A program made the position numbers and the translations under genes. DNA of 64,000 nt from positions 116,312,001 through 116,376,000 of the forward strand of contig JBITNC010000001.1 in NCBI GenBank assembly GCA_050084985.1, read 5' to 3'. This stretch comes from Nageia nagi (lineage: Eukaryota > Plantae > Pinophyta). This document shows, one piece after another, positions 12,294 to 25,793 of this stretch. Position 1 is the first letter of the stretch. Every line of letters starts with the position of its first letter. The notes under the pieces are model-generated. The model did not search any database, had not been told where the DNA came from, and worked only from the letters and a program-made list of their open reading frames with translations.

Positions 12294-14779
12294 GACTCCA
12301 CTAAGACTCCAAAAACTAACTTTTATGCTCAACGAGGCATCTTTGATCCTTTTCACAAAATTCCAAGCCCAAATATGCCTTATTTTGAATTGCCTACAAT
12401 CTCATGCTATCAAACCTTGAATTTATCATGAAATCACATCTCATATCTTTATTAAGTGCATCTCTTCATCCCTTGACCATTTTTAAAAACTGTGCTCACT
12501 ACTTAGAAATGCCATTATCTAGAGTTAGGAATCCTAAGAGCTTCAAAATTGATAGTCTAGCACACTAAATTGTCTCACAGTGTCTCATGAATAGCCTTTG
12601 CACACTATCTTTAGTAGTATCATCTTTTTCAGAACATTCACAATCAATCCTTTGTTATCCAGGTTGATTCCCTTCACTGTTTGATCCAAATCAGGTCTCC
12701 AAATTTGCAAAAATAGGGTCCCTAAAATCTTGTATTTTGGGGTGTGTTGTCTGGGCACAACACCTAGGAAGGAACATTGGTTTGGTCGGTCTAGGCATTG
12801 GTGGTGGATGAACAATTGTACTCTTAGCCAAACTTTCTCCTCTTCCTAGATCTAGTGTTGGCCCACAGAAAATTGGTTGAGTAGGCTCTTCCCTAGCCGA
12901 ACTCTCTCCCAGAGCTGGCTGAATGATTCCTTGATCTAGTTTAGAAAGCAACTGCATTATCATGTTGAGAATAGCATCAAATTTTCTTTCAACCCTATTG
13001 TTATGGTTGTTAGCCTCATCTCTCTCTTCAATGATTTCCACATGTTCGTTTGCTATCTTTTCAAATGTCTTTTTTGGATGGATCTCAAGGTTGGGATTTG
13101 TCTTATTTTTCCTTGGATAATTCTGATGAGTATTTGACTACATCAATCTATCTTCATAGGTTGGAAGGAAACCAACTCTGATACTATTGAAACATCCCAA
13201 ATTAAGAAAATACATAATTATCATAAAATTCCTCAAATCCACACAATAGAAAATAAAACAAATTGCAGTTTTTCCCAGAAAGATTATTGCAATCCGGATT
13301 TACAGATTTAATAAACAAATTGTAGATCTACCCAAAAAGATTATTGTAGTCTGGATTTACAGATTTAATAAACAAATTGTAGATATGCTCGAAAAGATTG
13401 TTGCACTCCAAAATAGTGGCCTAGAGGGCTAGATGTTTGGCTTAGAAGACCATATCTACGATGAACAAAGCTCAAAACACACCACAAACACCTCATACTG
13501 CTGGATGTCATATTGTTAGGGCCTCAAACCCTCTGATTTGAACTCTAAAATGCACCACAACACTCCCACAGGCTAGACGAACTGCTCTAGGACCTCAAGA
13601 TGTTGGATTTGAACCCCAAAATGCAAACAAACCAAAAGACTTGAGGGTTTTTGTACTCAAGCCCTAGATCTAAGAGGGGTTTTTTCCTCTAGACCACTCT
13701 CTTGCGGGTTTTCGTCCACAATAGGCTTGAAATTTACCTTTCAGCCAAGTCTCAGGAAAAGATAGTTGATGATAGACAAAGATACCTCCAAATTATGTGC
13801 AACTCTCCTTTATAGCTGGGCGTCCCACTTTGGGCTCACAAATAGATTTTGGAATCACAAATATCTAGTCTAGAGATCTCAACTAATGACATCATGGCTA
13901 GGAACAATAAATAATGACTCCTTATTACATAAATCACATCTAGATACAATAAATCATACCTACTTATCCCTAGAAGGATTCCCCACTCCAAGTGGCCAAA
14001 TATGAACGTTACAATGCATTGAGTAGGATGCTTCTTCTATTCATGGTTGGACGACCTTCCACAATTATTCTAACTCTTCCTTGGACCCACAAATTACTAA
14101 AGATGCCTTATCATTATTTTAGAACACACCTAAAATGCCAAATCACACTTAACTACTTTACAAGGGGGACACCCACTCCATGTTGACTAAGTCAAAAATG
14201 CGAGTATCATACGTGAATGGGATGAACAAATTGGGGACATTACAGCAAAATCTAGTCTCTAAAAAAATATCAAAAAAGGATATAACTCAAGACATTCTAT
14301 TTTCTACAAAATTCCTAGAGATTTTGAGTTGGACATGTGTTTATATTAGAAGGAAAATCTCTCTCTCTCTTGCCTCCCCTCTCCACACACACACATCAAA
14401 AAAAGATACTTAAGGAAGCTGCCTATGTATGTTAAAACATCACAAAGGAAGGGGCAAAAAATATTACAATCACTTTTCAAACATGATCCAAAAGGATCCC
14501 TTTATATGTAGGACAATGGTAAAGCTTAGAGTTAATAGGGGTTATAATGGAAAGTGTGACCAATATGGTGCCATTGAAGATCATTAGAGGCCATATAGAG
14601 CACATGGAGAAGCCAAATTATGTCTAGATGTATTCTACGACACAATGAAAAATGTCTTACGATTTCATGATATTCAAATCTATAATGGAATAAGATGGAG
14701 CACCAAAAAGGGTCGAGAGCTATAATGTAGTGTGAGAGCCATTTTAGTGACTTGTAGACATTAAAAAAGGAGAACAATG

Positions 14780-16190
14780 TATTAAAACATGCACATTTGT
14801 TATGTCTATGTAATGAAAATAAAGAAATACCTAAATGAAATATAGAGGTTTAGCAATTAGAAATTTGCAAATTAACAAGAGAATGCACAAAAAATTTATT
14901 TGGATGATGGGGAACTAGAAACTTACTAGTAGATAGCTTGTGTTCATAAAGGGGTAACCCTAGCTACAACTATATTTGGACAATTTTTGAAATAATTCTA
15001 AAAATGATAATCTTGAAGATGATTATGAGATGATGATCATGAAAATGATAATTCTAAATATGATTCTATAATTTGTATTGGGGATAATGCAACAACTGAT
15101 ATGTAGACATTTTGGGACAACATTGTTCAATAGTGGGGGTTGTCAAGGCTTTGGACGAGAGCGTTCATGTTCTAGGCCTGTGATGCTAGAGTGATGGGCA
15201 TTCCAAGTGCGTCTGCCAAAGTGTTGGCATTTCGGGGCTCAAGTGCCAAAGCGTTGGACTTTATGGCCTAAATGTTTCTTTCTGCCCTCACTTTGGTCTT
15301 TCATCCACTTGGATGATTCTATTGATAATATCATGATGATACAAGATGATCTTGCATTATTGCGTTCTTCTTGTGATAAGTCGTAATGATAATTGCTTAT
15401 GATATTTCTTTATTTTAAGTGAGCACTTGGAAGTGCTTTATAAAGATTCACAAATTTGATTTTGAATTTCACCTAGGTGGATCCATTTAGAACAATGTGC
15501 ATAGATGATAATGCTAAATTAGAGAAATTTGCTTTAGTTAACTTTGATGTACCCAAAGTGGGTCTAATTTGATATTTTGTTTTAATAAAAAAAAACACTT
15601 ACATGAGATCATTTTAAATAACTAAATTGCAAATTTAAGTGTCTACAGTTTGCCCCTTTTGAGGAATTTGTTTAAGGAGAGAACTCCAAACCACATGCCC
15701 AAAATTTTTTTTAAAAAAAAATTATATTTAAAATTTTGATTATGTCTCATTCTCTATCCCTTATTTTGCAAACACATGTTATGCAAAATTAAAAAAAACA
15801 ACTAATAAACAAAATGAAATGATCGAACTTGGTGTGATTTGGATGGATACCTATCCTTGCCCTGAAGGCTTAGAAGGATAGGCAAGAGCTTGATATTGAT
15901 AGCCTTTTTTTTTCTATGGGATACTTGTGAAATTTTGTGCATGTCTAGAGTCTAGTGTTTAGTCTACAGAGAGGATAGGAACTCAATCTGCTGGGTGAGA
16001 GTCAACAAGACAATCTTGGTTGGTTGTGTAAGCCAGTCAAAATGAGCATGCCCTATATTCTTGAGGTCTCAAGGATGCCCATATCCTGCAAACTGAAATC
16101 CCAATAGATGAGCTATAGTAAGTTGTGCAGTCGCATCACTCAACTGGAATTTATGGGGAATAGGTTTAAGTTTTAATTAACTAATAATGC
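14780..16190 (-). mobile_element. Tat/Ogre-like 3' region: PPT (15648-15660) and the start of a long LTR running leftward from 15647
   Basis: Minus strand reads AAAAGGGGCAAAC|TGTAGACACTTAAA. The same terminus is seen at 28481 on the + strand (TGTAAACACTTAAA). Outer boundaries are approximate. Confidence 0.6.
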
Positions 16191-16199
16191 TTCTTCAAC

Positions 16200-16760
16200 A
16201 GTAGTTAAAATAGAAGGATAGCCATATAACAAAACTGAATTGAGAAAGTTGAACAATCTCAAACACTTCCTGTAGCTAGTGTATCAAACCAACAATTACA
16301 ATGACTCCATGTGGTTTTAGACGTGTAAGAGAAGCAATTAGAAATCATTGCATAGCAACAACAGCATAAACAAGAATCTATTCAAAAGCAAGTTGAGAAC
16401 ACAATTCATGGGTACAGGTGGTCAATCATAAGAAGACTCCTCCTGTTGTCAATATGGCAATAGAAGCTAAATTCGAAGAAGAGAACTTATGCCACAACAA
16501 AGAACTCAATCTTTTGTGGCCTCCCTAGAACCACCACTCCACTGCAAGTTGGTCACACTTTTTTCATGTTGTCTTGGATCTGAAAAGCTTATTATTGGAA
16601 AAAGTTTGGACCACTCTAATGACAATTTTGTTCTCTGATTTCTAGCTTTAGAGGAGCGTTTACAGACTTTGAAAGCCAAAAAGAAACTATTTTTCCTTCT
16701 AGAAAAAAATTACATAGATGAAGATCTCATGAGACTTCAAATGGACAAGCATATTTCACT
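16200..16760 (+). mobile_element. LINE ORF1 fragment
   Basis: PVVNMAIEAKFEEE..HNKELNL..LP...EERLQTLKAKKKL...YIDEDL. Homologous to the minus-strand copy at about 25830-26050 (PIVEMAMQAKFEKE..HAKELNLRV). Confidence 0.6.
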
Positions 16761-17334
16761 AGGGAGTAGATACATCTTTCTCAAAACTTTCTCTATCAGT
16801 GTAACTCAGGAATATGTAAATATTTAAATTTACACCAATGTTTCACTATACTTGTTCATGAATGAGAATATATATATTTCGCTATGAAATAAGTAGTATA
16901 ATATATTGATGTGTCCATGTCAATCTTCTAGCACATGATATGGTTCTTATAATAATTTGGAAATCACTTCGTAAGTTTTGCATCAATTAATGCACTTTGA
17001 TGTTAAAAAACACAAGCTGAAGCTACATCCTCACATAATGTTAAAAAAATCTAAAATGATCAAAGTTCGATTAAATAGTAGTTTTCATTTAGTATGTGGT
17101 ACATGGATGGATTAGGACTCACATCCCTTAGCTCATATCTACCTACTCCTCTTGTATGCCGACATTGTTACCCATCAATTAGTCTCTTTTCTACAGTATG
17201 ACAAAATTGATAATGATTTTCTCAATAATTATTTCAGTAGTAATTTGTCCAACTTGAGAGACAACAAATTAGTAGTAATGTTGTTCTTGATTTGTACATA
17301 GCTTCTTATGGATTTTGAATTGCATTATCAACAG

Positions 17335-17480
17335 ATTTTAGGAATGGAATGCTTGATGCACTGAAGACATTTGAGGGCTCGAGGACCCAAGGCTTATTTA
17401 TCAATTCATGCTATACTCATTGTCAATCTGAAATACAAGAGACATGGTTTTCACCAAACTCTCCAAGATTACATAACAAG
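17335..17480 (+). CDS. PAE: Pectin acetylesterase exon: (D)FRNGMLDALKTFEGSRTQGLFINSCYTHCQSEIQETWFSPNSPRLHNK
   Basis: AACAG acceptor and AAG|GTAC donor. 146 nt restores the frame. GLFINSCxxHCQ motif carries the catalytic His. Confidence 0.95.
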
Positions 17481-17980
17481 GTACTGATTACATTTTTTAT
17501 ATACACATCTATAATATTGGAGTTTTTTCTTCATATTCTTGAAGCTTGAGTCTGCCATCTCTTCTATGTTCATATATCTTATTGAAGTACTTACTAAAAA
17601 TAACGATATTTTTGATACATTTACATTCTTTATAAAGATAAACTCAGACTTCAGTACAGATGAAATAACATTCTTCAAAGGACATGCTATATGTTGGCTA
17701 AATCTCCTATGAAGATCCTTTTTTGTGGGCACCATTAGACAGTCATAGTCCTTGATGTAGCAAATGCATATATGGTCACATCCTTTTCTTGGGTTCCTGA
17801 AAGCCCATTTCCAAATGGGTAATCAATCTAAGATCTCTTAGACAACACAATTGATTCCTTAGTAATTAGAATTTCTGTTATTGTGGCACAAGGTGAAATT
17901 TACATTTTCAAATGACATTTTCTTCTAATAAAAATGACAAAATGCAGAGTTGCATGTTCTCTACTATACATGTAACATCA

Positions 17981-18350
17981 AACATGATTTTCACCAAGCT
18001 CTTAAAGATTACATAACAAGGGCCGAAAAGCATTTTGTATATAGGAACATCTATTATGTTTTTCATTCATGAAAATCGTTTCTATCATTATTACTATGTA
18101 CATCTTTTTTGCATGTGTATATCTTATAGAAGAATTAAAAAATAATAATAACAATTATTTTGATGCATTTATCTTTTTAAAAGTTTAACTTGGTACAAAT
18201 GAGAATATTCATCTTTTAATTGGCATCATTTAACAGTAATCATACACGATTTAGGAAATAGATATAGTGATAGGTCAAATCCACCATTTGTCTCTTATTT
18301 GGTTCACTGAAGCTCATTGGTAAGTGGGCAATATATAGGATATCTATAGA
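17981..18350 (+). pseudogene. Degenerate tandem duplicate of the PAE exon 3' end plus the adjacent intron
   Basis: ACATGATTTTCACCAAGCTCTTAAAGATTACATAACAAG|GG lies 540 bp after ACATGGTTTTCACCAAACTCTCCAAGATTACATAACAAG|GT. Similarity continues into intron sequence. Confidence 0.8.
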
Positions 18351-19104
18351 TCTAAAAATAATGAACAATGCATTAAAACATGGTATATTTATTATGTCTA
18401 AGGAATGGAAATAGATTAGTGGCCATGTGTAGCATAGAACCTACCAGTAAAGATTATGCAAACTTACAAGACGAGATACAAAGAAGATTTATTGGGAGGA
18501 TGGAGGATTGCAAGCTTGTTGGTTGACAATTTGTGATCATGGAGGGTGAACCTTGGCTACAACAAGATGATGTGTCTAGATAATTATAGAGATGTTTTAA
18601 TTCTAGAGTGACAATTTTGAAGATGATTATAAAATGATAATATTGAATACGATTCTACTTGGAAACAATTGCATGTCATGGAGTTTATGTTTCAATGTTA
18701 TATAAGTGGAAAAGGGTTGCATCAAAGTGGATGATCGTACGAGAGGAGATGAAGTGCAAGGGGAGGAGGGGGTAGATGACCCAAGAGAGAGAGGGTTAAG
18801 TGGGGTGGTCATTCGGGGGGAGAATAGTGACATGAAAGGATTGAAAATGGGGGATGAGCGAAGGACCAGAGAGGATTTAGTTGATGACATTGGAGCTGCC
18901 AACATGGGGGAAGAAAGTGTGATGTTAGGACTAAGGAAACGAAAAACTACCATTTGAATGCTATAGTCATGGGTCTTGCCAATCTTGAGAAGAAATCTCC
19001 CATATGTCAAGGAGGCATGGTGTTTGCAGATGCCCTTTGGAGCCCATAAACGCGATCAAGAGCTTGAAGGTGAAGAGGATCAGCCCTGCCATCAAAATAC
19101 TGTG

Positions 19105-22100
19105 TAGTATCCCCTAAATTTCAACGTTTCACTCACTTCATTGCTGGGAAGTGGGATGCTCCTCTTTATGGTGAATTGTTATTTTTAGGAGTGTTTTATT
19201 ACTTTAGCATAAAATGGATATTTTGGACATATTTTTAATATTTTTTGCATTGTCACATGCCAATTAAGATTCAGTTTTGGTGTTGTCACACAGCAATTAA
19301 AAATAATTAATTAAATAGTGGCCCTTTAATTATGTAAGCTCCACTTGGATGCTTTAAATAAATTATTGAGGATTCCAATTTGGGACGACGGTATACTAAA
19401 TGTATTTTTATTTCTTTTAGTGGGCCAATGATATTTGTAAAGATGCCAATGAGTGTGTGATGTCCCCCTTGAATATGTAATGGGACCCGTTGGGTCATCT
19501 AGTACTATATTTACTTAGTATGTTTTCATGTACCTCATTGTAACTCAAGACAGGAATAATAATGGGTCCTGTGGACCTCACTGTGAGTCCCAAGTGGGAC
19601 GTCTCCCTCTTGAGTAGTAGAATAGGTTTGTGTGATGTGTGGAGATGCCGGATTGTGGGAATCCCAAGATATATTGATACATTTATGGATTGTACGGATA
19701 CTAGCATGCTTGCGCAACATTGGGGAAGGCCCCACATCCCCAAATTGGCACTTGAGCACTCCAGGATCCCCATGTCAACCTAATGGGCCATTATGATCCC
19801 CACGTCAGCTTGATGGGCCTTTATGACCCACACATTGCCACATTGGGCCATTATGACATTGGATTAGATGGGCCTGGGATGATTATGAGGTGAGATTAGG
19901 ACATGATGTAAAGTATAAATAGACATGAGGGCCTCGTTGATAATTACCATTTGATTATTATACACTTTATACTAGACCTTCGGGTAGCAAGTCTTAGCGG
20001 TGCTAAGCAACTCTTCGTAGGCGGAGCGTCTAGAGGGTAGGCAGGCGTTGGGATCCTAACTATCTACGGCTTTGGTGGAGCACCTAGGCCATCCGGTGGC
20101 ATTCCAAGGATACACTTCGATGGATATCCAGGGTTCGAGGAGGGCTCCTTTATTGGAGAGGATTCAGAGTTTGAGGGAGTGCGTCTATCCCATGGTTCGG
20201 CAGCATATCAATGAGAGTTTCACATTGTTGTGCCCTAGTTGGCTCCTTGGAGGCCAACATCCAGCTTTGAGAGCTAGGGTTTGTATTGCTATTCATCTCA
20301 TATCATAATACAGGTCATTGGGCATTGGATCTCAGTGTTGTATTGTTCATATTGTGTATGTGGCATCATTGAGCATCATTATTCCATAATTGTGCATGCG
20401 TTTATATTTGTAGCATTTGTTTATGTTGGTTTCTCGTCTTGTGGCCATCGTGGATGTTGTAGAGTTGTATTTCCATCATTATAAGCATTCGTTGGGTGTT
20501 TGGTGTGATTGGAAGCCTTGGAGGGTTGACGTCATGCTTGTGGTGTTTTTTGGTTCCTTAGAGGCCCATCATTGGTGTTGTGGAAGTGTTGTTGAGGGTG
20601 TTGGAAACCCTAGTTTGTGCATTCGGTTATTGAGTTTACTAATATTTGATTTGAGGTTCATTTTGGATCCTCACAAGTGGTATCAGAGTCTGGATCTTGC
20701 CAGGTTGTGCATAAGACCTAGGATTCACCGTTACTACACCAGATTTAGCAAGAAGGAGATAGCGTCCTCTAGGAAGAGCGGTAGATCTGAGGAGGTGTCG
20801 GATCGGGCCGTCTAGAATAAGGAGAGCGGTGGGAAAATGATTCCGCAGAAGATAAGTTGTCTGACGATGAGGGAGTTGCGCAGGAGATGCAAGGAGAGAG
20901 ATAGATATTGGATCATAAAAGAAGCCCCACTTCGAAACAGGAATCCATTCCCGAACGGAAATTCAATGAGTTGATTTCGGCTATCCACAACATGTCTAGG
21001 GTTATGAACACCATGAACCAAAAGATGTCCAGTTTTTTGGGAGATCTTGAAGAGCTTGAGGAGACAAAGAGATGTAATGGCAGAGAAGAGCCAAGGGCAC
21101 ATTGCTATGATTGGGAAGACCTAGTGGACCCACGATCGGCCAGAGGAGGAAGACACCATGCACATGGAGCTAGGGATGAGAGAGAGGGCGCACGTCAAGT
21201 TAGGGATGAGAGAGATGGTTCACGTCAGGCTAGGGAGAGCTATGAGACCCTACGTCAGGCTAGGGGAGGCCAAGTGACCCCACGGCCAGCTGGAAATGAC
21301 AGCGATGAGTCTTCTGAGAAAGATTGGATAGATTATGAGCATAGCCTTAGGAGGACGAGGAGCATGAGGGATAGGGAGTCCACTCATCATGGATCGATGG
21401 GCCAGCCAGATTCCAGAGATCCCATTCACATTGTGTGCCCCAGCATGCGAACCCTCTCCTAGGGAGGTACCTGGAGGAGGATATTGGGAAATTGGAGGAG
21501 CAACCAGTGATTCCGAGACCATCCAGACCTATGTTTGCATAGAAGGTTGGGGAGGCCTCGAAGGGCAAAGTACCTAGTTCGTTGGAGTTGAATAAGATCT
21601 TCAGAGAATACACCATGTTGGAACCAGCTCTGAGGAGAGACGTCAACTTCAATGACTACTTGGAGCTATTGGGGTTGAAGGGTGGCAACACGCATGGCCA
21701 ACGACATTCAGGAGGCCAATGGGAGGATAAGAGGGATTTGCAGCACAAGCTCAACAAGATGCAAGTTCCTATGGTTTATGGGAAGAAGATGATGGCTAGG
21801 GCATGGTTGCATCAATTGCAGACATACTTTACCTTAAACCCTAGCATGATGGAGAGGATGCAATTAACTTTGCATCATTGCATTTGGAGGGTGGTGCCCT
21901 AAAGTGGTGGCAGCACGGGGTGATTAGCCAAGGGTACTCACTTATTACCTCATTCAATGAGTTCACTAGGAGCATAGTGAAGAGATTCGATCGAAAGAAG
22001 GAGAATGACTACTGAGATTTGACAGCTTTGAGGCAGACAGAGAATGTGGACAAGTTCGTGACAAAGTTTCAGAGGTTGGCCATTATGATCCACTACATTC

Positions 22101-25100
22101 CGGAGGAGAGATTGGCTTTTCTCTTCATTGACGGTTTGGTAGAACCTTTGAGAGGAATGGTCAAGGTGTCCTTTCCAAGGTGCCTTCATGATGCGATCCG
22201 AGCAGCCTACAATTTAGAGCCTATCGTGAAATCCTTAGGGGAGGGTCGGTTGCCAAGTGGCCAACGAACCAGAAGCCGTTTGTTGAGGGGCCTAGCAAGG
22301 CCAAGATGCCTCCTTCGTCCAAGACGAATTAGTTGGATGCAGCTACATGAAGGAAGCTACAAGATGAGGGCAAGTGCTTCTACTTCAAGAAGACTTGGGA
22401 GCCTGGGAACCGTTGTTTGGGGAAGGGACAAGTGCACTTCATCGAGGTGTTGACAGATGGAGATTCAGGGGATTCGGATTTGGAGTTGGGAGCAGGTATG
22501 GAGGATTCTGGATCACTGCGAGTTGAGGGCACATTATGGAGCATGATCGCTTCACTCCATGGGGTGAAGAAGTTCCTGACATTGAAGATTGTGGGGCAAG
22601 CATGTGGATAGGATGTGATGGTGATGATTGACCTTGGAGCATCCCACAACTTCATTAATATTAGCTTTGCTGAGAGGAAGAACCTGAAGACCAAGGGGTT
22701 TGAAGGGTTCCGAGTTTCCAATGCCAATGGGAAACTCATGTTGGTGGATCACATCGTGGAACGATTTGGGGTGAGCTTGCAAAGCTATGTGGTAAGAGAG
22801 GACTTCCACCTCTACCCATTGAAGGGGCATCCTCATATCATCCTTGGAGTGCAGTGGCTGTTCGATTTGGGTGATATTCATACCAACTATTAGAACGCAC
22901 AATGAGTTTCAAAGTAGATGGTAAGATGCATACACTACAGGGCATATGGGATGATAGTCCACAAGCAGACAATAGTCGCGTAGAGGTGATCGAGTGGTGT
23001 AGGATGAAGGAGGAGATTGCAGGAAAGGCTACGTCATTGACTGAGCCAGGAAGGCTCACATTGGACCCACTGGAGATTTGGCAGCTCACGTTGGGTATGC
23101 AAATGCCTAGACCACCCACATTGGACTTCTATAGAGCTTGGCATGCCACGTGGGGCATACAGGAGGATGGCTTGGCCACGTTGGGTGTTCAAGAGGGTTG
23201 GAACCCCACGTCGGGCACTGAGGAGATTGTTATCACCACGTTGGGCATACAGGAGGTTTGGAGCCCCATGTTGAAGCTTGATGAGGCCAAGATGATTGAT
23301 GAGAGTCTTGGAGTTGCTGAGGAGAGATTGCTTCTTGAAGAGGGCTTAGGCCCTACCTATTTTACACTTACGATTATCTTTTCCAGGTTTTTGCAGGTAT
23401 AATTCAGCATAGGAGTGCATGCACTTCCATGGTTGCAGAGCTTCCTCTTGGAGCATGTATTAAGGAGTAACAATTACAACAAACCAGAGTGTTTGCAACT
23501 CACTGAGATATCAGGATTTGGAGATTCAATGCTACTCGAGTTGATACAGGTTACAACTACCTTCCACCGTTGCATGCTTCAGCTAACTGCACCAAAGGAT
23601 TCTTCGAAGACAATATGCTACTATCTCTTGCCATTGCTCGAGGGCAAACAATTCGAGAGGGGAGGCTTTGTGATGTCCCCCTTGAATATGTAATGGGACC
23701 CGTTGGGTCATCCTGTACTATATTTACTTTGTGTGTTTTCATGTACCTCATTGTAATTCAAGATAGGAATAATAATGGGTCCTATGGACCCCATTGTGAG
23801 CCCCAAGTGAGACGTCTCCCTCCTGAGTAGTAGAATAGGTTTGTGTGATGTGTGGAGATCCTGGATTGTGGGAATCCCGAGGTATATTGATACATTTATG
23901 GATTGGACGGATACTAGCATGCTTGCGCAACATTGGGGAGGGCCCCACACAACCACATTGGCACTTGAGCACTCTAGGACCCCCACATCAGCCTAATGGG
24001 CCATTATGACCCCCATGTCAGCTTGATGGGCCTTTATGACCCCCACGTTGGTACATTTGGCCATTATGACCCCCACGTTGGCATGGTTGACCTCTTTGAC
24101 CGGGATCCTAACTATCTACAGCTTTGGTGGAGCACGTAGCCCATTTGGTGGCATTCCGAGGATAATCTTCTTCCTTCAATGGATATTCAGGGTTCAAGGA
24201 GGGCTCCTTTAGTGGAGAGGATTCAGAGTCTGAGGGAGTGCGTCTATCCCATGGTTCGATAGCATATCAGTGAGGGTTTCACATTGTTGTGCCCTAGTTG
24301 GCTCCTTAGAGGCCAACGTCCAACTCTAGGAGCTAGGTTTTGTATTGCTATTCATCTCATATCATAATACAAGCCGTTGGGCATTGGATCTCAGTGTTGT
24401 ATTTTTCATATTGTGTATGTGGCATCATTGAGCATCATTATTCCATAATTGTGCATGCGTTGGTGTTTGTAGCATTTCTTTATGTTGGTTTTTCGTATTG
24501 TGGCCATTGTGGATGTTGTAGAGTTGTATTTCCATCATTGAAAGCATTTGTTGGGTGTTTGGTGTGACTGGAAGCCTTGGAGGGTTGACGTCAGGCTTGT
24601 GTTGTAGTTCGGTTCCCTAGAGGCTCATCGTTGGTGTTTTGGAAGTGTTGTTGAGGGTGTTGGAAACCCTAGTTTGTGTGTTTGATTAATGAGTTTACTA
24701 ATATTTGATTTGAGGTTCATTTTGGATCCTCACAAGTGGTATCAGAGCTTGGATCTTGCTAGCCTGTGCATAAGACCCATCCAAGATGGTACGTCTCACT
24801 CCATGGGTGGATTTGTTCAGTACGATGTGATTATAATGATCCCAAGGCATCTAGGAGGATTGTTGGCATGAGGAGACCATAAAAGGAAGAGTCTTGGACT
24901 CATTTTGATATGTTGGATTATTATTATTTTATTTCCCCAAACATGGGCGTGAGCTCTCTCCTTTCTCCTCTTGCGGACGAAAACCCCAAGAGAGGCTTTA
25001 GGGTCTAGCATTCCCTCTTGCTCTCAAGACTGCTACCTATGGTTTGGCGTTCCCTAGTGTTATTGAAGATTTCTATCTAGGGCCTAACATACCCTAGATT

Positions 25101-25793
25101 AACTAAAGACTACTAACTTGAGATCTGGCATTACTCAATTGTTTTTGCTGAAGACTACCATCACTGCTGAGGAGACATGGCATTACTCAACAGTTTTTGC
25201 TGAAGACTACCATGACTGCTGAGGAGACGTGGAATCCCTCAAGGATTCACTCCATCACCAATTGCTGCTGAGATCCATCTGGGATCAATACTATTGTTGT
25301 TGAAGATCTCCATCAGGGAGACAACTCTGAAGACTTTACTAAGAAGCCCCGGTGCTTCTCCACTGAAGGGATCACCTCCTCTACTGGGATGTCACACCTA
25401 GGGCATCCTTGCTCTAGCAATTAAGGCATGTAATCAGTCTTTCCTTGCAAGATCAATTGAAATACATTTTTATGGCTTGAGTAAATATTTTATTTTGAGT
25501 GTTTCATTGAGATCTCGCCTAGCTATTGGACATTGCATTTTCCATGGTGTTATGAATGAGATCTCACACCCAAGGTGGTTCGTCCCCTCGTTGGACCCAT
25601 TTTCCATGCTTGTTTGATTAATTGCTCATTGTAGTGGACTGTCCTTTTTTTCTAAGCATCTCATGAGCATTTTGGGTATTTGAAATGCATGAATCTGGCA
25701 TAATTAGCATTTAGGAATTTTATAGCGATTTTTAATTATTTATTTTAGCCAATTTATGCAATTTTCGAATGAGCCCTAGTTTGGCTCATCCCA
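19105..25793 (+). mobile_element. Probable solo LTR (19105-19455 plus ~24779-25793) with TSD CTGTG, carrying a nested element
   Basis: CTGTG at 19100-19104 and 25794-25798. Ends ...CATCCCA. The LINE frame is restored on removal. Internal ~52-bp duplication at about 25127-25230. Confidence 0.65.
19456..24778 (+). mobile_element. Non-autonomous gypsy derivative (gag plus protease only, TR-GAG-like): LTRs 19456-20675 and 23669-24734
   Basis: LTR termini TGTGATG...CCTCACA. PBS TGGTATCAGAG at 20678. Gag (ARAWLHQLQTYF, LRQTENV, CFYFK..WEPGNRC) and protease (MIDLGASHNFI...ILGVQWL). PPT GAGAGGGGAGG. No RT/RH/INT. A second PBS at 24737. Confidence 0.92.

Larger units (their letters stand above)
9027..14244 (-). 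mobile_element. Gypsy-derived LTR element in a PAE intron: 5' LTR 13188-14244, truncated 3' LTR 9027-~9390, gag N-terminal remnant 12691-13041, no pol
   Basis: The two LTR copies share their start (TGAA..ATCCCAAATTAAG) and a 57-bp x3 array. Degenerate PBS rc ACTCTGATACTA at 13175-13186. TSD GCAGA (9022-9026) / GCAAA (14245-14249). Confidence 0.82.

Noticed and set aside
15102-15647. TGTAGACA...TGTCTACA as the termini of a 546-bp solo LTR or MITE
   Set aside because: The left motif is internal to the repeat family (homologous context at about 7050), similarity extends beyond it, and there is no TSD.
17349-17549. 66-aa ORF as a standalone gene
   Set aside because: It is an internal PAE exon reading through into the intron after the donor at 17481.
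19495-24871. Duplicated small ORFs (e.g. 19495-19773 / 23708-23986 and 20281-20484 / 24340-24567) as a paralogous gene cluster
   Set aside because: They are incidental frames inside the two LTR copies.
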